Below are positions 51,001-61,900 of a DNA stretch of 64,000 nt, in pieces; the first letter of the stretch is position 1, and each line of letters begins with the position of its first letter. The stretch spans positions 3,380,211-3,444,210 of the forward strand of contig OZ316897.1 of the NCBI GenBank assembly GCA_973895155.1, read 5' to 3'. Origin of the DNA: Marsupella aquatica. Taxonomy: Eukaryota; Plantae; Marchantiophyta. A program made the position numbers and the translations under genes. Under the pieces are notes generated by a model that was not told where the DNA came from, made no database searches, and was given only the letters and a program-made list of their open reading frames with translations.

Positions 51001-51974
51001 AGGCTTTTACCCGGCTGAAGTTTCAACAAACATTGTGTAGACTCAGCAACCAAAACAAGAGAGTTGATATCAAGCGTAGTCTAAACAATTTGGTCGGCCA
51101 TACATGGTCAACATTTTGTTGTACGACTGACGGTAGAGTTAAGATGCTTCTTCAGCAGCGGGCACTGTCATCAACTGATACAGTATGTTGGATGATGATG
51201 ACGAAACCCAAATGTGACCAGATTGACGACTCAGCAATCATTTCAGCAAGGAAACTTCGGAATTAAAGGCTAATATTTCCAAGGCTATAGCTAGATGTCA
51301 CTTTGATTCTTGCAATAGGTGATTTCTATGCAACATAAAGCACAAGAGACAGGATTACGGAATTTACATTGTCAAATCCCGCGATATTCTTGTTTTCTGA
51401 GAAAAATTCGGCGGGAGATTCTGCAAGAGCAACCAGTTGTTTCCGTAAGACTATATTTCATTTATTTCACCTACCTCAGCGAAAGCAATTCGATCTCAGG
51501 ACGCTAAAATAACCTTATCTTAGCATGTACCTTTCTATCTAAACGGGAGCACATATAACTTTCTTCACTCCCGGTCTGACATTTCTCTTTCTGTGTGATA
51601 ACTTTTCGAATGGATTTAAGCTTGGAATGAAAGAAATGCAATCATACTAGGCAGTACACAAATCAGCCCGAATCTCAGATTTGCTTACAAGAGAACGACA
51701 ATTGCCAATTCATTCGCGTTTCTCAGCCTCTACTTCGCAAACCGCTCACAAAATTTACGCAGAAAATGACAATGGAAGAGAAACGACAGACTAAACAAAC
51801 AATTAACCAAAATACTTGTCACGACAAGCAATGGCTCCGAGAGAAAACGAAACGTCGGTCATTGAAACAAGCTTGAGGACTGGCACACTTACTCTGCTTC
51901 AGATTTGCATCTCTTGCGCTCCCTCCTTTGCCTTCCTTCGCCTTGGCGCCCTTGGCGCCTTCCGCCTTCGACAT
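45030..51974 (-). CDS. TOP6B: DNA topoisomerase VI subunit B, 669 aa
   Basis: 19 exons: 51974-51893, 51420-51368, 51014-50917, 50396-50291, 49992-49864, 49719-49668, 49533-49469, 49099-48993, 48886-48784, 48458-48373, 48250-48054, 47931-47816, 47541-47456, 47063-46991, 46642-46551, 46269-46131, 45993-45899, 45626-45452, 45185-45030 (2010 nt). GHKL motifs RELVENALD, DNGKGM, RGKFGLGAK. Transducer motifs FRFANRIPL, STKIPFKGTGKEY. Confidence 0.97.
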
Positions 51975-52259
51975 CTCTGCGCACGCTTTTGAAATCCGCT
52001 GTGTCTTTCTCTGGACTGCTTTCCTAAGAAATTGCTGTACACGGCGTGACGGGCCCGGTTGCCCCCCGCAATCGGCTCCTGGGCCTCTCGGTACCAAAAG
52101 AGTACTAGTGTGGAGCGTCTCAAACCAGATCAGTCCTATTCCCGGAGGTTTCTGTGACCCAAATGTTTTGGGTCTGGTCGGTCACCAAAAATACTACAGT
52201 ATGTTCCCGCAAAGGTAATTCACCTCCCTCCGCACCAAAACTTGCTTCGTGAAATATAG

Positions 52260-52436
52260 AGAGATATGCTTAGTATACCCCCTTTTGGGAAAAGTTTACT
52301 TAATCAACTCCCTGGATACTTTTCCCCAATCTGGACCATTGAAGGACCTTTTGATCTCAAATCTGGACCGTTGATAGACCTCGGGGGGTCAATCAAGTAA
52401 CAAGTTTCATTTTGGGGTTATCAAGCAAATAACTCT
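52260..52436. mobile_element. MITE (Mutator-like) ~290 bp upstream of the TOP6B start
   Basis: AGAGATATGCTT...CCCC is inverted relative to GGGGTTATCAAGCAAATAACTCT. Flanks GAAATATAG and GCAATATAT resemble a degenerate 9-bp TSD. Similar to 6296-6456. Confidence 0.55.
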
Positions 52437-53267
52437 GCAATATATGTTGCCCTTCAAGAAATACAGTAGTTTGTGCCCTTCAAGAATTGCAAAGTAACCT
52501 TTCTGAAATTGTCGGGCCCAGCTGAAACCCATCTTCGTACCCGAAACTTTGTAGATTAAGTTGGTCCTAAAGTTGGATTTTGGTCTAAGTTACAAATGTA
52601 GATTTCTTAGAATGACTGACCGGAAAAAATTGGGAGAGAGCAAGTTTGAGACGCCCTAATATACCGGTTTGTGGGGGAGCAGGGAGAGGAGGTCGCCCTC
52701 AGGATGGGAATGGTATTTTTGTTTATTTACTGTTGTTTGGGTGTTAAGGTGTTTGTGTATCTAAAACGTTAAAAACATAATTTTGAAATCACTAGGTTGT
52801 GGTTGGACTTTATGTGACCATTGTCTTGCATCTCTATGCAATGCATGGGTTGTTGAACACCATCACAACAACTTTACCTTGCCTTGACATATTTTTCTCG
52901 TCTCACATTTTTTCTCACATTGACATTTTTATCTCACCACAACCATTTTTTTCACCCTCAACATGTTTTCTATCCTTGATATTTTATTCTGTCCTTGACA
53001 TCTTTTCTCACCTGATGTGACATCTTTCCCTCGCCTCCACACCTTTTCTCACCTCAACATCTTATCTTTTTCTCACCACAACATCTTTCCTCATCTTTAC
53101 ATCTTTTTATCAGCTTGTCATGTTTTCTCTCCTCGACATTTTGACCTTGACTTATTTTCCTCACCTCAACATCGGTTTTCTTGTCAACATATTTTTCTCA
53201 CCACACGATCTTTTGTGCAAACTTTTGTCTTAATGTCATCTTTTTCACATAACAATATATGTTCTCT

Positions 53268-53770
53268 TAACGACATCTTGGGCACCGCGACGTCTCTTTT
53301 CTTAAGGACACCTTGGGTGTCACAACATCTTTTTTCTATCTTGGGTGCTACTACACCTTTTCTTAGTGACATCTTGGGCGACATGACATCTCTTTTCTTA
53401 AGGGCATCTTGGGTGCTATGACATCTTGGGTGACACAATATTATTTCTTAAGGACATCTTGGGTGCCACAACACCTTTTTTCTTAACAAAATCTTGGGTG
53501 ACACAATATTTTTTCTTAAGGACATCTTGGGTGCCATGACACCTTTTTTTCTTAACAAAATCTTGGGTGACACAATATTTTTTCTTAACTACATCTTGGG
53601 CGACACCACATTTTTTTTCTTAATGGCAAGTTGGGCGACACAAGATCTTTTTTCTTAAAAACATCTTAGGCAACATGACATTTTTTTCCTTAACGACACC
53701 TTGGGCAACACGACATCTTTTTTTCTTAACGACGTCTTGGGGGACACAACATCTTCTTTCACAACATCTT
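53268..53770. repeat. Minisatellite, ~31-34-bp unit x about 15
   Basis: Consensus CTTAA(C/G)GACATCTTGGG(T/C)G(A/C)CAC(A/G)ACATCTTTTTT, contiguous with no unique spacers. Confidence 0.9.
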
Positions 53771-53781
53771 TTGTGCAACGC

Positions 53782-54072
53782 TGTTGGGGATAATCCTTAT
53801 CCCGAGACACCATGCACATGTAAACACCATACAAAGTAGTCGACACAGCGAGTACTGATTCACCTCACGACCGAGGCTATGTCCACGGGAAAGCAAGAGA
53901 CCTTTACTTCTCTCTTGCTCCACTCCAACAATGAACTGAAGATCCACCAGGGGCTGACATTAGCCCTGGTTATATACAACATGCATCACTACTAACCTCA
54001 GCTAAGTCCTAACCTGAGTTAGCCTAACTGCGGTTAGCCCTAGAGTCACAAGACTAAGAGCAATACTCAACA
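53782..54072 (-). mobile_element. Solo LTR (copia-type), 291 bp
   Basis: TGTTG...CAACA termini. 5-bp flanks AACGC and AATGC (TSD with one CpG transition). Internal motif shared with the other LTR copies. Confidence 0.85.
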
Positions 54073-55223
54073 AATGCACGGGTATTGAGTTAATCCTATA
54101 CATGAAACATCCATGGAAAGTTCTTGACTCGAAACTTTTGTTTGATTGTTTATAAGGGCCTATTTCTTATATATGTTGTGGTACCATGGGAATCAAGTAT
54201 ATAAGCAAGGCATTCAAATTGCATACGAGAAAATGGATGTGTCAAGACATGCTCTGTTTGGAAGTATTCTAGGGTACTTTCTTTTCTAGATTCAAAGATA
54301 CTGATAATTATTGTGACTTACACTATTTTAGGGACAAAAAGTGTCACCCGGACTACTAGAGAGTACAACTAGCTAATTCCAATGACACTAGTAACACTAT
54401 TTTCCATCATGACACTATTGTTGGGATAAATCTAGACCAAATGAGACAGCTTCAACACGTGTGAATAATATCCACAAACTCCACATTGAAAGTAAGTGGT
54501 TCACCCTTCTCGACTACTTCCACGGCCATGAGAGAAAATTAGTGATACAAAATGATTACATCTGCCATAGCCAATGTGCTAGAGCTTATTCTCTCGCCCT
54601 CTCACCCTTTTTCTTGAAGAGTGAACCTTCAAGTGCAAGCACAAGTGTGTGTGTGTTCCTATTGGGTACACCCCTCCCATGGTTTATGGCAATCTGGAAC
54701 TCAAACAAATTCCATCCTAGTTTGTTGAAGTCTAACTAGTTCTATGAAAATAAATAGGTTACATTAGAAGCATGACCTAACACTTTAACACTAATTCTGA
54801 TGAGGATGTAATCTCTTATCAAATTCCCCTTTGTTACTCCAGCCTACATTATGTGCTTTCCTCAGTAGATATACCAGGTTTTGAGTTTGGTGCTCAATAG
54901 AGTTTTGGTTTTTATTTCCTTTGTTGAACACTGGTGGGCATTTAGGCTCTTTTCTCATCCCAGGAAAGCTTTGGGATCTTTATTGGATAGTTTGCCGCTG
55001 GTTATCCCGTCTCTGGGATTAACACTTTTTGTTCTTTGGTAGTCTTACAAATGTCTTACAAGATTTCCTTTTTGGATGTAAGTAATATCATGTCTTAGAC
55101 ATGGTACTGATGCAAAACTTATGCATGACTACCGCTTTTCTAGTAGGGGGTTTCAAATATAGGGTCGCGGGTTATTTTTCTGGAACGCTATTGTAGATTG
55201 TAACATAGTCCGCGGGTTTCTTT

Positions 55224-56404
55224 TGTTATATATTGCTCTAGTCTTGTGACTCGTGAGCTAACCACAGTTAATCTAACTTGGGTTAGGACTTAGCAAATGT
55301 TAGCGGTTGTGCGATTGTGCATATAGCCAGGGCTGAAGCCAGACCCTGGTGGAACTTAGGCTCATGGTTACGGAGCTAGTTGAGAGATAGGGAGAGCTTG
55401 TGCTGTGGATGCTTGGTATGGCCGGTCGGCCTAGAGTGCAGTAAAGCTCTTGTGTGTTCCCGTGGACGTAGCCTCATCTGGAGGTGAATTAGTTCGTGGA
55501 CCCCTTGGCTAATAAAATCAGGGGGGAAGAGTCAATCTGAGCCGTCTCCATTTCTTATTTTCGGAAATCTCGTCCGTCCATCATAATGGCCAATCTATGG
55601 CTCAAAAGAAAGATCGCAAATAGATCTATGGATGGGTTCTGTCCGTTTTGCAAATGGGTTAATATTTTTCAAATGAAAAATTAAACAAATCCAAGCCTTC
55701 CTAGTAGTCGATTTTGTTGATTTTACGATCTTTGCTGTCCATTTTGTAATGCCTCTAGAAATCTTATTCATCCATGTTAGAAGGCGATCTAGGGTGCAAA
55801 AGAAAGATCTCCATGAGATCTACGACTGGGTATTTTTTGTTTTGAGAATGAGTAAATAGTTTTGAGTATAAAATTTGATGAACTTTCAAGATTCCAGTCA
55901 TTCCTCCTCTCCGATCCTAGGTTTCTATGTGCTCTTCCCAGCATTAATGGCCGTACAATACGAGAGGTCCTTACATACCGGGAGTTGTGGTTTAACAAGG
56001 AAGTTATCAAGTTAGTTATTAGTCATTATTTATTATATGAAAAATACTTTTTATAAATCTTTGAATTTAAGTTTTAAAATTAGAAATGTAACTAAAATGG
56101 TTACATAGTGACAATTTTAACCGTCTTGCTCTTTGCATTTCCAATGTTTTTATTTTTCTTTTTACGGCACGACGTCCCAAAATTTACACCCAAATTGACA
56201 CAAACACGAATGAAAACTATAAGTTTGATTCACAAAATCGACGAGTCTTGTTTGTTGCGGTTGTTGTTGATGTGGCACGCTGTGGTGCCAGGAATTTTGG
56301 AAGGGACCTCTAGTGGGGTCCGTAACCACGTATCTCTCTGTGTCGACTCTTGTGCGTTGGATGGTTCATGGGCTTGCCGTTGTGAATGTCATTTATGCTC
56401 AACA
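55224..56404 (+). mobile_element. Solo LTR (copia-type) interrupted by a nested 837-bp element
   Basis: TGTTA...CAACA termini with perfect TCTTT TSD (55219-55223 and 56405-56409). LTR halves 55224-55488 and 56326-56404 rejoin as GAGGTGAA|CCACGTATCTC, the motif seen intact at ~3400 and ~23235. Inverted homologue of 53782-54072. Confidence 0.88.
55489..56325. mobile_element. Non-autonomous TSD-less DNA element, copy 2
   Basis: Boundaries fixed by the split LTR. Ends are TTAGTTCGTGGACCCC and GGACCTCTAGTGGGGTCCGTAA (terminal hairpin plus subterminal inverted repeat). Only AA is shared between the two junctions. Confidence 0.82.
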
Positions 56405-56961
56405 TCTTTTGCAGCTGCTGGTATAACTCCAATTTTTTTAGGGGTTGTACTGCACCCACAAGTCCGGCCCTTAACATGCGGCCCATATTTCTGACGCAAA
56501 TTGAAGTCCTTGAAACCCTCTGAATAGGATAATGTCCTGGTTAGAGGGCATTATGAGATATAATGTCAGTAACTAGGACATTAATGTGCGTAAAAACTTG
56601 AGTGATTTTTTGGTAACAAACAAGAAAAATTGAATCTTTGAATAGAAAATCCAAGCGAAAGGGCCTGCAATTGGCCAAAGGCATGAAAGAAGTTAAAAAC
56701 AGATCTAGTGATTTTGATAAAAATTATTATGTTATTTTATTTGGTAACACTATATTTGGGTTTTAAGTTTCTTCTTTTTGTGATACTTCACATAATGTCC
56801 TCTTCAAAAGAAATGAGATTGTATGGGTAAAAAAACAAAAAAGAGATTATATGAGAATTTAATACAATCAAAGATACAAAGAAAAAAATCACAAAAGTAT
56901 TTATGCATGCAAGATTGGGTTCTGGCTGCGATTTCGAAATAGCAGACGGTTCCGACAATAA

Positions 56962-57334
56962 GGGCCGTCTTGCATGTAGATGGTCCTTCAAAAAATGGCC
57001 TTTCAGACAAATGGTGGCAGCCCCTGAGTGAACAAAACTGCCCCTGACTTGATGGCACTAAACTAGGACTTGGAAGGGCAAGGCATGCAAACCTTGCAGC
57101 CCTTCACAGTCCCGACCTTTGATCTGCACATATGACAATGACAGCCTCAATCCCCTCTATTGCTCCCGGTGAACTAAGCGGCACATAACAACAGAGGTGG
57201 ACATGAGCCCCTCAGCACATCCAACACGTAACACAGGGGAGGATCGAGTTGTTAAACCAAATCCCTGATTCTGTGTAAGTTTCGCTTTGTGAAAGACCTC
57301 ATTCTTGAGGGCCGATGTACATGCAAAACGGCCC
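56962..57334. mobile_element. Tourist (PIF/Harbinger) MITE
   Basis: ~50-bp TIRs GGGCCGTCTTGCATGTAGAT... and ...ATGTACATGCAAAACGGCCC, flanked by TAA on both sides. Confidence 0.85.
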
Positions 57335-58913
57335 TAAGAGTCGACTGGAAACTGTCAAAGGCAAATCCCATGGCAGGGCTGTGCGGGCCACCTAAAGGAA
57401 GTGCCGCACAGTTTTCATCCCACGTCCGAAACCGAGACCAATGCCTATATTTGAGACCCCCTATTTATTTTGCTTTCTAATTTGAGGATACGGCACCCGT
57501 ACCATTACAAGTGGTACTGCTGAACCTCGGACCGTACCCAGATCCGGTCCAGACTGACCGGAGGCTATCTGACCGCGGTTAAAGCAGACACTTTATCCGA
57601 CCACAACGTATGGTACGGGACAATGGCGTAGCTTATGAGTGTATGTACCGCAACGAGCCGGCCAATCGACGAAATGGCAGAGCTGTTGTGCGCAATCAGA
57701 GAGCGAGGATTTACACTTTGCACACAATGCGAAGACGGATCTTCGTGACCACGGGAATCGCGGAGACCAGCATCCCTGCGAATGAAATATACAGTAAATT
57801 GCAGAGCGGATTGACGAAAGAAAAATACCGGGACGCGGGACTGATTTAACGGCATTGTCAGCCCACGGAATGCGAAAGTTCGGAATTGATTGTGTGTGGA
57901 CGTCGGACAGGAGGACCGGGCGAAGACAGGGCAGGAGAGGACGGGACCACGGGACGACGGGAGAGGGAGGGGTGGCCATTTCCGGGATGGGGTTCGATGA
58001 TGATGAGGAGGATTTCTGCGTGCATGCCGCAAGTTGTGCACCACTACTACTGCGATTCCTCAGGGTGTAGCTGTGTGCGTCGATCGTTCGACAAGGTGGA
58101 AGAGAGGAAGGGATCACTCATCGCTGTTGCAATTGGTGGTGGTGGTGCTGATTTAAGCGGGAAGTACTGTGCGAGGGCGAGAGCATTTGGTGGTTCGCAG
58201 ATTTGCCGGACGACGAAATCAGTGGTCCGGCGTGAGTGAGTAAGTGAGTGAGTGAGGTCAGGTGGCAGTGGCGAGGGGACGACTGATCCACGACCTCATT
58301 GTGATAGGTTTTCGCTATTGCAATTTGGAGCGGATGTGTGGAAGCCCTGGTGGGTCGGCAGAAGAGCGAAGAAGAAGGAATGTGTGCGGATGGGAATGGC
58401 CGTGTGCTTGGGGGTGGGAGGATAATGGTGGCGGTGGTGGTGGAGCTTACGTGCGCATATTTTTGGCAGCTTAATCTGAATTTGACACGTATTCCGTCAG
58501 TGAACCCTAATTCCCTCTTGAGAAGAGGTACTAGAGGGCCCGCATGAAATGCTGTGCTGATATGCGTGTGAAGTTGGTGAACGACTCTTCATTTCGGCTG
58601 ACTACCTTCTGGACAGTCTACGACTGTATATTCCCAACGCTAGTATCGTTTTTAAAATTGGCTCTGCAGTAGAGTGTTCGTTTTTTTCGATGTGAACTTC
58701 GTCAGCCAGCGCAGGAGAAGTGACGGTCTTCGCCGTGATGATTCTTGGCGTAATGGATCGATCCGAAATTATCTTCGGTACTGGATAAATAGACGAAAAG
58801 AAACATTGGTCAGTATTCAATGACAGAGTCACTTGAGTCGGGTGGGAACACATATAAGGCGCTCGGGCCGCTGCCGAACATTTTCACAAGGACGCCGGTG
58901 TTGAGAACGTGAA

Positions 58914-61900
58914 ATGCAGATGGGAGGGATGTCCGGTGTTGCGCTTCCGAGCGGAAGCGACGGTGCTTCAACATCGAGTGCGCAGGCAGCCTCCATGACG
59001 ACCAAAGGAGGTGTGTCAACGTCGTCTATTCAAGCAGCTTCGCTTGCAACCAGAGGTGGCGCATCAACCTCTGGAGGCCAAGTTTTCCCCCTACCATCTC
59101 GGGTAGGCATATCGACATCAACTTTCGTAGTTGCTACCAATGCACCCCAAGTAGTTGCATCGACTTCTGGCTTTCAAGGAGCTGTGAATCCGTCTCGACA
59201 GCGCTTCCATGTAGAACTCAAGGACGGAGAAACCAATGTAGTGTCGTGGAAGAAGCTGGTCAAAGACGCACAGAAGAGTGCGTTGACAGTAGCCTTGGAG
59301 GCCCCTGCTGGTGCTAATCCCGCCCTCGAAGCTCGTATTGCTCCTGAGGTACGCTTACGTGCTTGGATTTCTCGTATTATCCTGAGATAATAGTAGTCGG
59401 ATGTTGTGGTTTGATGTCATGTTCCTCCCTTACACGGAGTGCTGAGACGTATCAGTAGCTGTACGGCACCCGCATCAACTCGCATAATTTGTCCGTGTGT
59501 TGAGCTCGATAACTTTGTAGTCGAAATATCAAGGGCCCTCGCAAGAAGGCTTGCGTTGATTATACCCTATCTTGATACTTCGAAGTTTAACGGAGCGATT
59601 CACTATGTAGCGCTACTGAACGTGTAAGGGTAGATGAGTTGTGTTTTGCATTAACTTCTACGAGAGTCAGACAGGTATGATGAAAGCTGACGAGAGAATA
59701 TGGAATAGTAAATTGAATGGCAAGTAGACGTGTCAGTCATTTGAATCTTTAGTGGAACACAAAGTAATCCACCCATGGATTAGATACTCTGCTGAATTTT
59801 TATCAGAATTTCAAGCATATGGGAGCCTGACATTTGAAAAATGGCCTTTTCACAGCGTGCAGGACTGGCGCAGCCCACCGTAGCAGCCATCCAAGACCCT
59901 CTTCCGGCTCCTACGAATCGATTTAGCTCGGTGATCGAGAAAATTGAACGACTGTATAAAGTTGGTCCTTGTACCATCCATGAATGTCCAGAATGAAAAT
60001 TGTCTGAATGTTGCTGCTGTACCGCATTCGTCTAACATAGTTATCACCCGTCGTTTGATGGCATCGCGATTCAATCATCTGATATTAGCGAGGTCTGTTT
60101 TTCTCGGTGGTGCAGGGAGTGGACAGTGAAGAGGAGGATGGTTATGCTTCTATGGATGAATCTCAGTATGATTCCGGGGATGGTTTTATTGATGATACGG
60201 AGCTGGTACGGTTGGGCCAACAATCTTCCCGTGTCAAAGATTTCGTGTCCTTTAGTGTTGTCTAGAACGCCGAAGTTTCTGCAGTTGATACTCGACCTTT
60301 TCTGTGCGAAGGCTTCGTTGATTTTCCGCTGGACATTATGTGCGCATGTTTCAAGCACTTGACCTTTTATGCCTATGTACCAATACATAGTGCAATCAAG
60401 CTCTGGCTTCTACAATTGCGTTGAATTGAGAATTCTGTTTTCAATAGCACCCGGTGGGTGCTCCACATTGGTGTTGCTTACATTTTTTTCTGTCTTATTT
60501 CGTAGGATGAATACTTTTCGGTTGACAAGGCAAAAACTAAACACACTGGGTTTTTCGTCAACAGAGGAAAGCTGGAAAAACTGTACGTACGATTTCTCTC
60601 TTGACTGAATTGTCCTTCTCCCTTGCCGAGTCCCTTACGTCCCATCGCTAGACCTTTAGGTGCTGATTATGACATGGTCAGTTCGTGTCGTCTGAAAGGT
60701 TGAACTATGTGTTTTATCAGCGACGAATCACCTCCTCCACAGCTTCCACCTCCACCTCCAACTGAGCAGGTCCCAAGAAAGAGAAAACGTAACATTGCAA
60801 AACTTTCAAGTGAGATAGTTGCTGGGGAATTTGCAAAGAAGAGAGTAAACATTGGTCTGCGACTAAAGGATGCTGCGAGAAAAACGCCTGTACCTGTAAC
60901 TCATGCAGTAGAGGCAAACCCTTCGTTTCGTACCAAGACTTCGGAGCAGTCTGTAATACCCAAACCACAGAAGAGGCTGCAACCAATTCTAGATGAAAGA
61001 GACAGCAATGTGGATCACGCTGCACGAATAAATTCGGATTGCACCTCAAAAGAGAATGTACCGGATTCTGACAAAGGTGAAGATTTCACGGAGGACTCTG
61101 ATAGTAAGATCCAGGCTACATTAGTCGAGGTTTCAGATGACGAGAACGATCTAGTGGAAGTGTTGAGACCAAATGGTGATACCAAGGACAGAGGTGGCGC
61201 AGATGTTTCCGTGCCCAACAACAGGCCCTCGATTACGGTAATTGAAAGCGCCGTAGCTTCTGCACATGAGAGAAATAATGCAATTAAATCAGTCGACGAC
61301 TCCGTTGAAGAGAAACCCAGCAAAGATGATTCAAGGGAGACTGCAGGGTTTACAGCTCTACCAAAAATCAGAAAGAATCAACTGCTGCTGAAGGAGGACG
61401 AGTTGAAGGAGCCAGAGGGGAGTGGAAAGACTTTGTCGGCAAGTGTGGTAGGTTTTGCAACTTTCTACGGTTTAGAATGGGCTCTTCATGAGAAACTTCC
61501 GAACCTTCATCGAAATGTTTGTTTCTAATCCACTGTGATTACCCGTGTTTTCTAATGCACCTCACCTTTGACAGGCAATTTGGTTGCTGGCTGCCCCTTG
61601 CCCGGAAGTAGAGGAGGATCGAATTTTTTGTGTTTTACCGCTTATCGTTTCCTGTGCCTGTTTGCTTCACGTTCTTTTCTCTCTTCTCAGGGCTATCATG
61701 TGGCCTATACTGGGACAATCTTTTTGATCCTGTCGTGTTCTGTTGTTTGTAAAAGACCTCATCGCCAGGAAATAAGGAAGTTAGCCCCAAAAAGGTTGCA
61801 GGCTGGCCGAAGGGCACAGTTTTGGAGAGGGCCATTAACGATCTAGAGAAAGGCGTCACTGAAGGTAGTTGGTTTCGACAGTCCTTTGGTCCTGGTTTTG

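Noticed and set aside
53268-53770. Regular ~32-bp repeats superficially like a CRISPR array
   Set aside because: Units are contiguous with no unique spacers, there are no cas genes, and the context is eukaryotic. It is a minisatellite.
57565-58117. 159-aa and 174-aa minus-strand ORFs upstream of UBN
   Set aside because: No domain similarity that I recognise and non-ATG starts. They are explained by GC-rich leader sequence.
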